DNA of 64,000 nucleotides from assembly GCA_963662545.2 (NCBI GenBank), contig CAXXLL010000002.1, positions 2,176,001 to 2,240,000 of the forward strand. Direction: 5' to 3'. The translations under genes and the position numbers were made by a program. This stretch comes from Gammaproteobacteria bacterium. GTDB taxonomy: Bacteria; Pseudomonadota; Gammaproteobacteria; Ga0077536. Position 1 is the first letter of the stretch. The number at the start of each line of letters is the position of its first letter. The notes beneath the pieces are model-generated. The model did no database searches, was not told the origin of the DNA, and saw only the letters and a list, made by a program, of their open reading frames with translations. Of this stretch, positions 29,602 through 39,387 are shown piece by piece.

Positions 29602-30906
29602 TTAGCCCTTATGTCCCAGGTACTTCACCGTGACTACCGTAATATCATCTGATTGCTGCATGCGCCCGGAGAACGACGCAACGTCACTAAAAATGGCCTC
29701 GACGATTACACCTGGATCATCGGTCTCGAGATCGCTCAAAAACTCCCTCAAACGCGGTTGCGTGTAGAAATTCCGATCCTCGTCGCGGGCTTCCGTAACA
29801 CCATCGGTATACAGCACCAAACGATCGCCGGGCCGCAGGGTGACCCCCCCGGTCTCGTATACGGTGTCATCGAGAACGCCGGCGATTAAGCCGGCGGGAG
29901 CCCCGATATCGACCCACGGCTGCCCGCCGAGTGATGCCAGTAAAGGCGGGTGCCCGGCGATTACGTACGTCGCGTTTCCGTTCGTGAGGTCGATGACCAT
30001 CACGATCAAACTGACAAACATATTAGGAATATTGATATCACACAGACGCGCATTCAATTGTGAAACGGATTCGGCGAGCCCGTTCGTTTTGCTGAGCTCC
30101 ACCCGCAATAGGGTCGCCGTGCGGACCATGAATAAGGCGGCCGGCGTACCTTTACTCGAGACGTCGCCGATTGCCACACAAATGCGATCGTCGTCCAAGT
30201 AAAACGCATCGTAGAGATCCCCACCGACCGATTTGACGACGTCCATGCGGCCGATCACTTCGACAGCGTCGCATTCCGGGATCAGATTTGGACCCGGGGG
30301 CAACATGCCGACCTGAATTTCGTGGGCCGCCTTGAGTTCATTTTGCAACTGTTCGAAACGAAGCTCTTGCTCGAGCGCGCGCAAGGTAACCTCGTTTCGT
30401 TTACGCATCCGCTCGGCGAGAATTCGAGAAAGATTGCGGACGGTGGTCGGACTGATTGCGATCTTCGACCAGAAAACGTCCTGGTGAACCGCGATGACGG
30501 TGCTCGCCTCGCCGGCCGACACATGAGCCGAGGTCGGTTTGCCATCGATGATCGACATCTCACCGACCGTCTCGCCGACACCGATCGTATCGGCAACCGG
30601 CGAGGTGGCGGATTTCAGACGAACATCGAGACGCCCACTCAATAGAAAGTACAAGTAGTGATTGCCCTGGCCCGGTTCGAGCAGTACATCGCCGGCGTTC
30701 AGCGTCTTGACGGGGCAACGATCAAAGATGCTTTCCAACTGCTCGTAGGGTAACCCCCGACACAACTCGAGTTTTGAGATATAGCCGTTCCGCCGGCGGT
30801 CCGGGCGAGTCCGGCGATCGCCGAACCGCGCTTGTTTTGTGGAACTCGGATTTGCGAATTGACGGCGATCCGGCCCACGTTTGCTATGGGCCATGGCCTT
30901 CCACAA
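29602..30906 (-). CDS. Cyclic-nucleotide-binding domain plus SpoIIE/RsbU-type PP2C phosphatase
   Basis: LYFLLSGRL, GETVGEMSIIDG..TSA (cNMP domain); VGGDLYD, AIGDVSSKG, YTDGVTEA, DDITV (PP2C). Confidence 0.9.
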   Translation of the reverse strand: MWKAMAHSKRGPDRRQFANPSSTKQARFGDRRTRPDRRRNGYISKLELCRGLPYEQLESIFDRCPVKTLNAGDVLLEPGQGNHYLYFLLSGRLDVRLKSATSPVADTIGVGETVGEMSIIDGKPTSAHVSAGEASTVIAVHQDVFWSKIAISPTTVRNLSRILAERMRKRNEVTLRALEQELRFEQLQNELKAAHEIQVGMLPPGPNLIPECDAVEVIGRMDVVKSVGGDLYDAFYLDDDRICVAIGDVSSKGTPAALFMVRTATLLRVELSKTNGLAESVSQLNARLCDINIPNMFVSLIVMVIDLTNGNATYVIAGHPPLLASLGGQPWVDIGAPAGLIAGVLDDTVYETGGVTLRPGDRLVLYTDGVTEARDEDRNFYTQPRLREFLSDLETDDPGVIVEAIFSDVASFSGRMQQSDDITVVTVKYLGHKG

Positions 30907-31240
30907 ACTCAGTACGATGGGTTCGAATAGACTGGGTTGCCCCGCAGCATAACCGACTTACAAAACGGCGGTGTCCCGACTACGGAGTCGGCCGACGACG
31001 CCGGAGTTGAGCCCGCCAAATTATTCCTCGTGAGAGCAGCGCTCAATAGCTCGGCAAAGCATCGGCTCTGCGCGCGCGATCAGGGGACGCTCAAGTTCCG
31101 AGGGCGGCATACCCATCTCGGCAAGGTGTTTCGAACGGTGGTGGAACAGGCTCATCTGACTCCACTTACCTTAGAATGGCTGTAAGCAGTGGCGCCGTTG
31201 ATCGCGTTCGATCCGATGCCTAATGGAGGATGATGACGTG

Positions 31241-33319
31241 ATGATTCGATACTTGATAGCGATCGCCTTGCTCGTGGGACCCAGCGCAGTACCGGCATTC
31301 GATCCGAGCGATCTCGCCGACGACAGTGACGGCAAGAACTGGTTGGCGTACGGCCGCACGTACGGTGAGCAGCGTTACAGCCCTCTCAAGCAGATCAACG
31401 ACGAAAACATCGAGCGCCTGGCACTCGCGTGGTCGGTCGAGCTCCCGGGTGAAACGCATCTCGTATCAACGCCGCTGGTGATCGACGGCGTGATCTATTT
31501 CGCCGGCAGCTACAGCAAGGTTTGGGCCATCGATGCGCGCACGCAAACAGTTTTGTGGACTCACGATCCCGAGACGATCGGGCATGCCGGCGCGAAACTG
31601 CGCGTACTTTGGGGTACGAGCCGTGGTCTCGCGTATTGGAACGACAAGATCTACGCGGCGACCGGTGACGGCCGCCTGATTGCGCTCGACGCGGCGACGG
31701 GTAAGGTCCTCTGGAGCCAGATGACCGTCGAATCGGACTCGGCTTTTTACATCACCGGCGCCCCGCGCGCATTCAAGGGCAAGGTCATCATCGGCAACGG
31801 CGGCGCGGAGATGGGGCCGGTACGCGGCTATGTCACGGCTTACGACGCCGAAACCGGCGAGCAAGTGTGGCGTTGGTGGACGGTGCCCGGCAATCCGGCC
31901 GACGGCTTTGAGAACAACGCCATGAAATATGCCGCGACGACCTGGAAGGGTGAATGGTGGAAACACGGCGGCGGCGGCACGGTGTGGAATGCCATGACCT
32001 ACGACCCCGAGTTCAACCACATCTATCTCGGCACCGGTAACGGCACGCCCTGGAACCAGCGTATCCGCAGCCCGGGCGGCGGCGACAACCTGTTTCTGTG
32101 CGCCATCGTCGCACTCGATGCCGACACCGGGAATTACAAGTGGCACTACCAGACCGTTCCCGGCGAGACCTGGGACTTCAATTCCGCCATGGACATCGTG
32201 CTCGCCGACATTACCGTTCACGATCGTGATCTGAAAGTTCTGATGCACGCGCCCAAAAACGGATTCTTCTACATCATCAATCGATCCAACGGTAAACTCC
32301 TCTCGGCACGTCCGTTCGCCAAGATTACCTGGGCCAAGGAAATCGATATGAAGAGCGGGCGCCCGATCGAGACCGAGGGTGCACGCTACCCAAGCGGCGA
32401 GGTGACCATCTGGCCGGGCCCGCTGGGCGCGCATAACTGGCAACCGATGTCGTATAACCCGGGGACGGGGCTCGTCTATCTGCCGTACCACGACCTCGCC
32501 GGCTACTACAACGACTCTAAGATCATTCCGGCCGAGTGGCAGCATACCGCGCTTCAGTTCGACGTCGGGGTGGCCGGCTATCAGGATGACTTCCCCGTCG
32601 AAGGAGCAACTAGCGGCCTGATGGGTTGGGACCCGATCACGCAGTCACCCAAGTGGACCTCGGTGAATCCGGGCATGTGGAATGCCGGCACCATGACGAC
32701 CGCGGGCAACCTCGTATTCCAGGGACACGCCGACGGCAAGCTCAAGGCTTACCGCGCCGATAATGGCGACATCATCTGGGATTTCGATGCCAAGCACGGT
32801 ATTTCCGCCTCGCCGGTGACCTTCGAGGTCGACGGCACGCAACAGGTGGCGATGCTGGTCGGCTGGGGCGGCGGTGTGGCCGCTTTGGGTGGTTCCATGG
32901 GCGCACAGCACGGATGGATGTACGGGGTCCATCCACGCCGCTTGCTGGTATTCGCGCTGGGTGGCAAGGCGCAGTTGCCACCAACGCCGCCGCCGCGAAT
33001 GGCCAAAGTACTCCCTGCCCCCAAGTTCGAAATCGATCAGGAGCTCGCCTCTGCCGGCGGTCTGGTATGGGAAAAGAATTGCACCTGGTGTCATGGACCG
33101 GGGGTCGTCGCCGCGGGAGGCGCACCGGATTTGCGGGCATCCGCAATCCCGCTCGACCTAGCCACGCTCAAGGCAATCGTGCTGGACGGCAGCTTGCGCA
33201 CTCGCGGGATGCCGTGGTTCCCGCATTTAAACGGCGACGATATCGTGGCCGTGCAGCATTTCATTCGCAAGAAGGCGCGGGCTTCAATGACAGAGCTTGC
33301 TGTTACGCGACGGGATTGA
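31241..33319 (+). CDS. PQQ-dependent quinohemoprotein dehydrogenase (type II ADH-like)
   Basis: Signal peptide, W..YGR...EQRYSPL.QI, PQQ propeller repeats, GAHNWQPMSY, C-terminal CTWCH heme c motif. Confidence 0.93.
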   Translation: MIRYLIAIALLVGPSAVPAFDPSDLADDSDGKNWLAYGRTYGEQRYSPLKQINDENIERLALAWSVELPGETHLVSTPLVIDGVIYFAGSYSKVWAIDARTQTVLWTHDPETIGHAGAKLRVLWGTSRGLAYWNDKIYAATGDGRLIALDAATGKVLWSQMTVESDSAFYITGAPRAFKGKVIIGNGGAEMGPVRGYVTAYDAETGEQVWRWWTVPGNPADGFENNAMKYAATTWKGEWWKHGGGGTVWNAMTYDPEFNHIYLGTGNGTPWNQRIRSPGGGDNLFLCAIVALDADTGNYKWHYQTVPGETWDFNSAMDIVLADITVHDRDLKVLMHAPKNGFFYIINRSNGKLLSARPFAKITWAKEIDMKSGRPIETEGARYPSGEVTIWPGPLGAHNWQPMSYNPGTGLVYLPYHDLAGYYNDSKIIPAEWQHTALQFDVGVAGYQDDFPVEGATSGLMGWDPITQSPKWTSVNPGMWNAGTMTTAGNLVFQGHADGKLKAYRADNGDIIWDFDAKHGISASPVTFEVDGTQQVAMLVGWGGGVAALGGSMGAQHGWMYGVHPRRLLVFALGGKAQLPPTPPPRMAKVLPAPKFEIDQELASAGGLVWEKNCTWCHGPGVVAAGGAPDLRASAIPLDLATLKAIVLDGSLRTRGMPWFPHLNGDDIVAVQHFIRKKARASMTELAVTRRD

Positions 33320-33376
33320 CCTGGGGTGGCCCCCGGTCCAATAGTGATGCCTCGAAGGCGCGACGACCGCTAGCTA

Positions 33377-35073
33377 GTGTCCGTCCATAAACAGGCATTT
33401 TCTTCGATGGGCACGGAGAAATCGAGGTGTTGAAAGTAGGTTGTTGGAGCGGTAGCGGCGGTTCGGTGGGGGTCGAAGGGCTCTTCGAGCGTAATTGTGA
33501 GTACGTTCGCCGGCCGCAGAGCGCTGCAACCCAAAGTCGCCCGTTCGACGATATCGAGGAGGTCAGTTAGTGCGAGTGAACGTCGCTATTCGAGTTGATA
33601 GCGCGCGAGCAGGCTGAGGTTGTAGGCGACCACAGAAGACCACACGTAGGCTTCGAAGTGCGGCAGGCTCTTCCAGGTGCAACGTGCCAATCCGTATGCA
33701 CGCTTCAGGCAGGAGATACCGGCCTCGATGCCGGCGCGGAAGTTGCGCAAGCGTCGATAGACCCACTGACTCTTGACCATGTCGGCGATCGCGAGCCCGC
33801 GCTTCTTGTGGAAGGCAACGTCTTCGATGCCTTCTGCTTTCGCCGCCCGGAGATTGTCGAGGCTCGCATAGCCGCCATCGGCGGCGACCTGTCGTGGCAT
33901 CGTCCCGTAGTGTGTTCGATGCCGTTCGAGCATCGGCATGAAGCGCTGACTATCGACCGGATTGCCTCGCTCGATGACCACGTCGAGGATGAGGCCACTG
34001 CGCCCCGAAGCCAGATTGATTTTGTGTCCGTACTGAACGTCGCGCGCACCCTTTATGATGATGTCGGTATGCGGCTCGAACAAGCTCACGCACTTCTCGC
34101 TCGCGGGGACCTTCTCACCGCCGAACACCCGCCGCTCAGTTTGCGAAATCACCTGCAGAACAAGTGTTTCGTAGTGCGCTACCTGCGCTAGCCAGTCCGG
34201 CAGTTCAACGCCGGTGACGCCCGGGCTCAGCAGCTGCTCACGTACCCTCGCTACCGCTTCCAAGGTTGAACGCGTCGCCCCAATCAAATCGCGATACAGA
34301 CGTTGGCGTTGCTTCGCACCACGCGCATACCACAGCGCCCGCGCACGCTTCTTCGCCAATCGAGTGTGGTTCACGAAGCACAACTCCGGCGCGCCAGGCA
34401 ACTCGCGCGCCTGTGCGAGCAGACGAACCACAACACGCACGCCATCCCACAGCAGATGACTGTCGCTCGGCGCGTGGATGGCACTGTCCGTTACCGTGCT
34501 ATCAATCCGTACACGCTGTGCCGGCTCAATGCGCGTCTCTTTCGCCGTCGCCAGCAGGGCGCGATGAATAGACTCCCACGTCGATACCTGGATCGCCGAG
34601 ACCACCCGCTGTAAGGCAGACTTCTTCGGACGTTCATTACCCGGCAACCGGGCGAAGGCCTGAAAGCTCGCCGAGTCCTGCAGGTGAAAGGCCAGCTCCT
34701 CGTAACTCAATTGCCGGTGCTGCTTGAGCACCGCGCAGCGCAGCACCGACTCCGCCGACAGTCCGCGTCGACCGGTGGGCTTCAAACCCCGCCGACACAG
34801 ATCGTTCATGACCGGCGTGAGGACCTTGGGGTGAGCATCGAGCCACTCGGACATGCCCTGCAGCTCTCGCCCCAGGTCATGGTCAGCAAACAGCTCGTAT
34901 ATACTCGCTTGGGCCGTGCGTTTCTGACGCATTCCCCCTCCTGTGGTGTCGATGATTGTGTGGAAAATCAGAGGTTTGAAGTTCCATTAGATCACGACCT
35001 ACCGGAGGTTTCGATCCCTTAAGCGACAAATTTTCCTTTTTATTTCAACCGCATCGCGTTTAGGGATGCACAC
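33377..35073 (-). mobile_element. ISNCY element, 1697 bp, copy 2
   Basis: Same ends as copy 1; flanked by TAGCTA at 33371-33376 and 35074-35079. Confidence 0.95.
33586..34932 (-). CDS. DDE transposase (ISNCY family)
   Basis: Protein identical to 23849-25195. Confidence 0.95.
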   Translation of the reverse strand: MRQKRTAQASIYELFADHDLGRELQGMSEWLDAHPKVLTPVMNDLCRRGLKPTGRRGLSAESVLRCAVLKQHRQLSYEELAFHLQDSASFQAFARLPGNERPKKSALQRVVSAIQVSTWESIHRALLATAKETRIEPAQRVRIDSTVTDSAIHAPSDSHLLWDGVRVVVRLLAQARELPGAPELCFVNHTRLAKKRARALWYARGAKQRQRLYRDLIGATRSTLEAVARVREQLLSPGVTGVELPDWLAQVAHYETLVLQVISQTERRVFGGEKVPASEKCVSLFEPHTDIIIKGARDVQYGHKINLASGRSGLILDVVIERGNPVDSQRFMPMLERHRTHYGTMPRQVAADGGYASLDNLRAAKAEGIEDVAFHKKRGLAIADMVKSQWVYRRLRNFRAGIEAGISCLKRAYGLARCTWKSLPHFEAYVWSSVVAYNLSLLARYQLE

Positions 35074-35092
35074 TAGCTAAAGGAGAGAGCAG

Positions 35093-35401
35093 ATGAGAAG
35101 TGTTGCAAGCCTGGCTGTGGGGGCCTTATTCGTATTGTTCGCAGTTGGGACCACGGGTATTTCCGTTGCGGTTGCCGATGAGGATATCCAGCTGGTATTT
35201 CACATTGAAGGAATGACCTGAGGCAGCTGTGCACGGACAGTCCGTGAGACCGTCAAAATAATTGCTGGCGTGACACGCGTTCGCGTTGATTTGCAACAAA
35301 AGCGAGCCTGGGTAAGCTGCAGTTCCGAAGTGTCTGCCCAGCAAGTGGTGGCGGCAATAGAATCGAATGGAAGGTTTCAGGCAAAGCTTGTCGAAGAGTA
35401 A
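35093..35401 (+). CDS. Secreted heavy-metal-associated (HMA, MerP/CopZ-like) protein with an in-frame UGA; probable selenoprotein (GMTUGSC)
   Basis: AAGGAG RBS, ATG 35093, signal-like N-terminus, FHIEGMT-TGA(35219-35221)-GSC then in-frame ...IAGVTRVRVDLQQKRAWV...VSAQQVVAAIESNGRFQAKLVEE-TAA. Hairpin CACGGA-CAG-TCCGTG starts at +11 after the UGA. Confidence 0.8.
35232..35246 (+). promoter_or_regulatory. Candidate bacterial SECIS upper stem-loop
   Basis: CACGGACAGTCCGTG, a perfect palindromic stem with a G in the apical region, at the spacing typical of bacterial SECIS elements. Confidence 0.6.
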
Positions 35402-35686
35402 CTCCCTCACACGGTGCTGTTCCAGGTCAGCAACCAGGGGACAACTTGCAGGGTTCGGTCAAAGGAATGATTTAGGCTCATCAAGGCTCCACCGGAGAGC
35501 ACGATGAGCAAGAGAAGCACGGGTCATGCGACGGCAGACGAACATCGATTCAGATTACCTCTGCAATGCGCTCGAACGCAGTTGCTCAGTAGCGTTCGAC
35601 GGTGTGACCACGACGAGCGGCGGCGACTCCTTGAATACGACCCGGAGCTTGATTTCAAAGCCTGAATATAGAAGCCGGAATGATGC

Positions 35687-37759
35687 CTATAACGCGCGGC
35701 CCAGGGTCTCGCCGTCGACCAGCACGGCCGCGACATCCCTTGGCGCCGCAACGTCGCCGATCCTCGAAACGTCGGGGAACGAAGCCTGTGCCTCGAAATA
35801 CAAATCATCGTTGGGAACACGCAGGATCGAAAGGACGACGCTGTCGATCCCGGTGCGCGTTTCGAGGGCTTCCGCGCCGGCCCAAATGTCGTAGACATCA
35901 ACTTCGTCGGTGCGGATTGCCTCGATGAAATGCTGATGGGTTATCCGGACGCCGAGTTTCTTCAAACGCGGGAAGATGTACAGCATGTCCAGGTTGCGGT
36001 AGATGCGTTCGCCTGCGTACATGCGCGGGCTCATGATTTCGACGTCCACACCTACCTTGGCAAGTATCTCGGCCAATGCAAACGGCAAATGTGCGCCGGA
36101 TTCGTCGAGGATCAACACGCGCTTGCCGAGGAGCTTCGGATCGTCGAGCGCACTCGCGGTGGCCGTACCGACGTCGAACACATGATTGAGCTCGGCGCCC
36201 GGGATCCCTTCGCGATCCGGGCGATAGAGGCTGAGCCCGGTTTTCTCGTAGGACGCGCCCGTGGCGATGACGACGGCGGATGCGTTTACCGCGCGTAGCA
36301 TGTCGATGTCAGCCTCGGTCTCTAGCCGAACCTCAACGCCGCAGTTTTCGACTTCGCGCTCGAGGTTGTCGATCGCAATCGACCAGTCGCTCATCGACGG
36401 CAGGCATTCGAGCATCCGCAGGTGTCCGCCGAGTCGCTCCCGGCGCTCGACCAGGGTCACGCTATGTCCGCGCCTGGCCGCGACGGCGCCCGCTTTCATG
36501 CCGGCCGGCCCGCCACCCACGATCAATATTTGCCGGCGCTCGGATTCCGCCACCTTTTGCAGCGAGCCGTCGCCCCAATAGGCTTCCCTACCGCTGACGG
36601 GATTCAGAGCACAGATGAGTTCGCGGTGCTCCCACAGGCGACCCGCGCATTCGTTGCAGCGATTGCAGCGAATAATTTCGTGCTCACGCCCCTCTTGCGT
36701 CTTTTTGATCGTGTGCGGATCGGTAAGCAACTGCCGCGCCATCGCGATCATGTCCGCCGATCCGTTCGCGAGAATTTCTTCTGCCTTATACAAGTCCCGG
36801 ATCTTACCGACCACGAAGACCTTGGCGCGCTCGCCCACGATCTCCTTGGCCTTTTTGCTGAACGGCTCGAGCCAGCCTTCACCTTCACCACCCACCATAC
36901 TCGGCAGCGCGAGGTGGATGGTGTGGTAACCCCCGGCCGAGATATCGAAGAAATCGAACAGTCCCGTTTCCGTCAGCACTTCGAGCTGCTCCTCCGACTG
37001 CTCCGGCGTGATACCGCCCCGTGGCCCCAGGAATTCATCCCAGGACAGGCGCAGACCGACCACGAAATCGTCACCGACCTGCTCGCGCACCTGCCCTGCT
37101 ACTTCGATCACGAGCTTACAACGCTTGGTAGGCGATCCACCGTAGGCGTCGGTGCGCTTGTTGTAGGTCGGGCTCAGAAACTGTGCAAGACCGTAGCTGT
37201 GCGCGCCGTGGATCTCGACGCCGTCCAAGCCCGCGCGTTTAACGTTGGCGGCCGATTGACCGAAATCATGTACGAGCTGTTTGATTTCCGCCGGCCCCAT
37301 GACCAGCGGCATCTCGTTGTGCATCAGCGATGGGATGCGGGACGCGCCCCAAATCGGCTTGTTCTGATCGATGAACATCCGGCCCTTGTCGTGTACGCCC
37401 ATGGACGCGAGCTGCACCATGATGCGACCGCCGTGTTCGTGTACGGCCTCGCCGAGCGCGTTCATCGAAGGTATGCATCGTTCATTGTAGACGTCGACGA
37501 TGTGATAGAAGGAACCGACCGCGCTTCGGGCCGCCGCTACCGTCTCGGTGATGCAGAGCGCGACGCCACCCTTGGCGCGTTCACTAAAATAGGCGATCTG
37601 CCGATCCGAGAAGACGTGCTCGCGTGGGTCGCCGTGCTGTGAACTGTGGGCGGGTTGCAGGATCCGATTTCGCAGCGAGAGATTCCCGAGCGTGAGGGCT
37701 TGCCATACGTGCGAAAGCTTGTTTCGGGTCGAGCCTGAGGTATTTTCGGAATCGTTCAT
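35687..37759 (-). CDS. NADH:flavin oxidoreductase (Old Yellow Enzyme barrel plus FeS and FAD domains; TMADH/DCR-like)
   Basis: GLDGVEIHGAHSY..QFLSP..NKRTDAYGG, CNRCNEC...C 4Fe-4S motif, IVGGGPAG. Confidence 0.92.
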   Translation of the reverse strand: MNDSENTSGSTRNKLSHVWQALTLGNLSLRNRILQPAHSSQHGDPREHVFSDRQIAYFSERAKGGVALCITETVAAARSAVGSFYHIVDVYNERCIPSMNALGEAVHEHGGRIMVQLASMGVHDKGRMFIDQNKPIWGASRIPSLMHNEMPLVMGPAEIKQLVHDFGQSAANVKRAGLDGVEIHGAHSYGLAQFLSPTYNKRTDAYGGSPTKRCKLVIEVAGQVREQVGDDFVVGLRLSWDEFLGPRGGITPEQSEEQLEVLTETGLFDFFDISAGGYHTIHLALPSMVGGEGEGWLEPFSKKAKEIVGERAKVFVVGKIRDLYKAEEILANGSADMIAMARQLLTDPHTIKKTQEGREHEIIRCNRCNECAGRLWEHRELICALNPVSGREAYWGDGSLQKVAESERRQILIVGGGPAGMKAGAVAARRGHSVTLVERRERLGGHLRMLECLPSMSDWSIAIDNLEREVENCGVEVRLETEADIDMLRAVNASAVVIATGASYEKTGLSLYRPDREGIPGAELNHVFDVGTATASALDDPKLLGKRVLILDESGAHLPFALAEILAKVGVDVEIMSPRMYAGERIYRNLDMLYIFPRLKKLGVRITHQHFIEAIRTDEVDVYDIWAGAEALETRTGIDSVVLSILRVPNDDLYFEAQASFPDVSRIGDVAAPRDVAAVLVDGETLGRAL

Positions 37760-38281
37760 TTCATTGAATCTCCCGAGCAGGGAAGAACGACCGGGGACTG
37801 GCAAGTTAGGTAGCTCTGAGAAACCATTCCGGGATAAATCAAGCCACCAAGCTGCATATACGTCATCGATTTCCGTCAGCCATTATTCAACATGCCGTCC
37901 GTCTCTACCAACGATTCGAGCTGAGTCACCGCGCCAGTTCGACGACGGCGGGTGCAAGGGTGACGAAAATGAACGCTTCGATTGACCGAGCATACCCGTT
38001 CATACCGTGCAGCGTGGCAATGCGCGCCCAGCACAAATCATGAATAAGGGGTTAACCATTCTCCCGTTTCCACATTCCCTCCATCATTTGTGCGAATTAG
38101 CACGCTAGCGTGTCAGGGTCACGGATCGCAGGCTCGGCGCCCCAATATCCTTGAAATTCGCGATAGGAACAACGCAGCCCATGGACCGCCAAGGCTACTT
38201 TATCCACGCCACATATCGGCATCGCTTCGCTGCAACGGACCGCTGGCGTAATTACTCGATGCTCGGGAACGGAGTTGCAAT

Positions 38282-38560
38282 ATGTCTGAAACTACAAAAC
38301 GCGTGCTGCAGCGCGAGCTCTTCCAGCGATTCGAGGCGCCCGCGCTGAATGTCGTTTTTGCTCGTTATCGTCAACCCGATACCGAACCTCGCGGCGATCC
38401 GCTCTTGATGGCCGAACGCATCGCCGAACTTACCTCGTGCTCGCTCGACGAGGCCCACCGCGGAATCCGGGCCGCATTCGAGATCTACGATAATCCACGC
38501 GATGTGCAGACGCTGGTGGACGAATTTATCGGTTGTTTTGTAGTGCCGACCTTGCGCTAG
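38282..38560 (+). CDS. Hypothetical protein, 92 aa
   Basis: GGAG RBS before ATG and plausible composition; no recognised motif. Confidence 0.5.
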   Translation: MSETTKRVLQRELFQRFEAPALNVVFARYRQPDTEPRGDPLLMAERIAELTSCSLDEAHRGIRAAFEIYDNPRDVQTLVDEFIGCFVVPTLR

Positions 38561-38961
38561 TGAAGCGCACGATCGCGAGACTAAGGTGAGATCGTCCGGC
38601 CAAAAAATCTTTCGATAGCCCGGGGGCGGGGATGCCGGTGCGCGATACGCACACCTTCCACAATCCCTTCATATTTCCTCCATCGTCGCTCCTCGTTTAG
38701 CGCTCAAGATCCGTCATATGAATCGCTTCATCGCCCACGCAAGAACAAAACATGTACGCTCGGGCGGGCAGAACGTAATCAGGCGGCGTAGAAGCCTGGC
38801 GGATATCCGAGTTCCCCCAACTCTTTTGTATCCTGGCTTCACACCAGTACGCCGTCTGTTTACCCCATTCCGGCACATCGCATGACCACAAGCGCTCGTC
38901 GATGCGATGAAAGAAGGCGATCCGCTTTCGCGACCACCCCTACCAACTAAGGAGAACGGCT

Positions 38962-39375
38962 ATGTCCTTTAAACCAAAAATTATCGCCATCTGTTCGACC
39001 TTGATCTTAATGATGTCGGCACCCGCGCTTGCCGGGTTTCAGATGTCGGGTGAAGATCAACGTCCCCGCTGGGAATCGATGCCCGATGGCGAACGCGACG
39101 CGATGCGCAGCGAGCGCAAAGCACGCTGGGACTCGATGTCCGAGGAAGAACGTACAGCGAAGCGCGATGAGCGCAAGGCACGCTGGGACTCGATGTCCGA
39201 GGAAGAACGTATAGCGAGGCGCGATGAGCGCAAAGCACGCTGGGACTCGATGTCCGAGGAAGAACGTTCGGCGAAGCGCAATGAGCGCAAAGCACGCTGG
39301 GACTCAATGTCCGAGGGGGAACGTTCGACGATGAGAGAACGGCGCGGATCCGACGGAAGCAGGCGGATGCACTAA
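38962..39375 (+). CDS. Secreted, highly charged tandem-repeat protein
   Basis: AAGGAG RBS, signal peptide ending PALA, five copies of a 19-aa unit RWDSMSEEERxAKRDERKA. Confidence 0.8.
   Translation: MSFKPKIIAICSTLILMMSAPALAGFQMSGEDQRPRWESMPDGERDAMRSERKARWDSMSEEERTAKRDERKARWDSMSEEERIARRDERKARWDSMSEEERSAKRNERKARWDSMSEGERSTMRERRGSDGSRRMH
39067..39330 (+). repeat. 57-bp coding tandem repeat, about 5 units
   Basis: CGCTGGGA recurs at 39067, 39124, 39181, 39238 and 39295. Confidence 0.9.
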
Positions 39376-39387
39376 ATTAGTTAGCTA

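Noticed and set aside
35126-35410. Minus-strand 94-aa ORF
   Set aside because: No motif; it is the shadow of the plus-strand HMA gene, which has an RBS, signal peptide and metal motif.
35504-35665. 53-aa plus-strand ORF with a GGAG upstream (MSKRSTGH...DFKA)
   Set aside because: No recognisable motif and too short to support without homology data.
39067-39330. Possible CRISPR array
   Set aside because: Units are 57-bp in-frame coding repeats with no unique spacers, and no cas genes are present.
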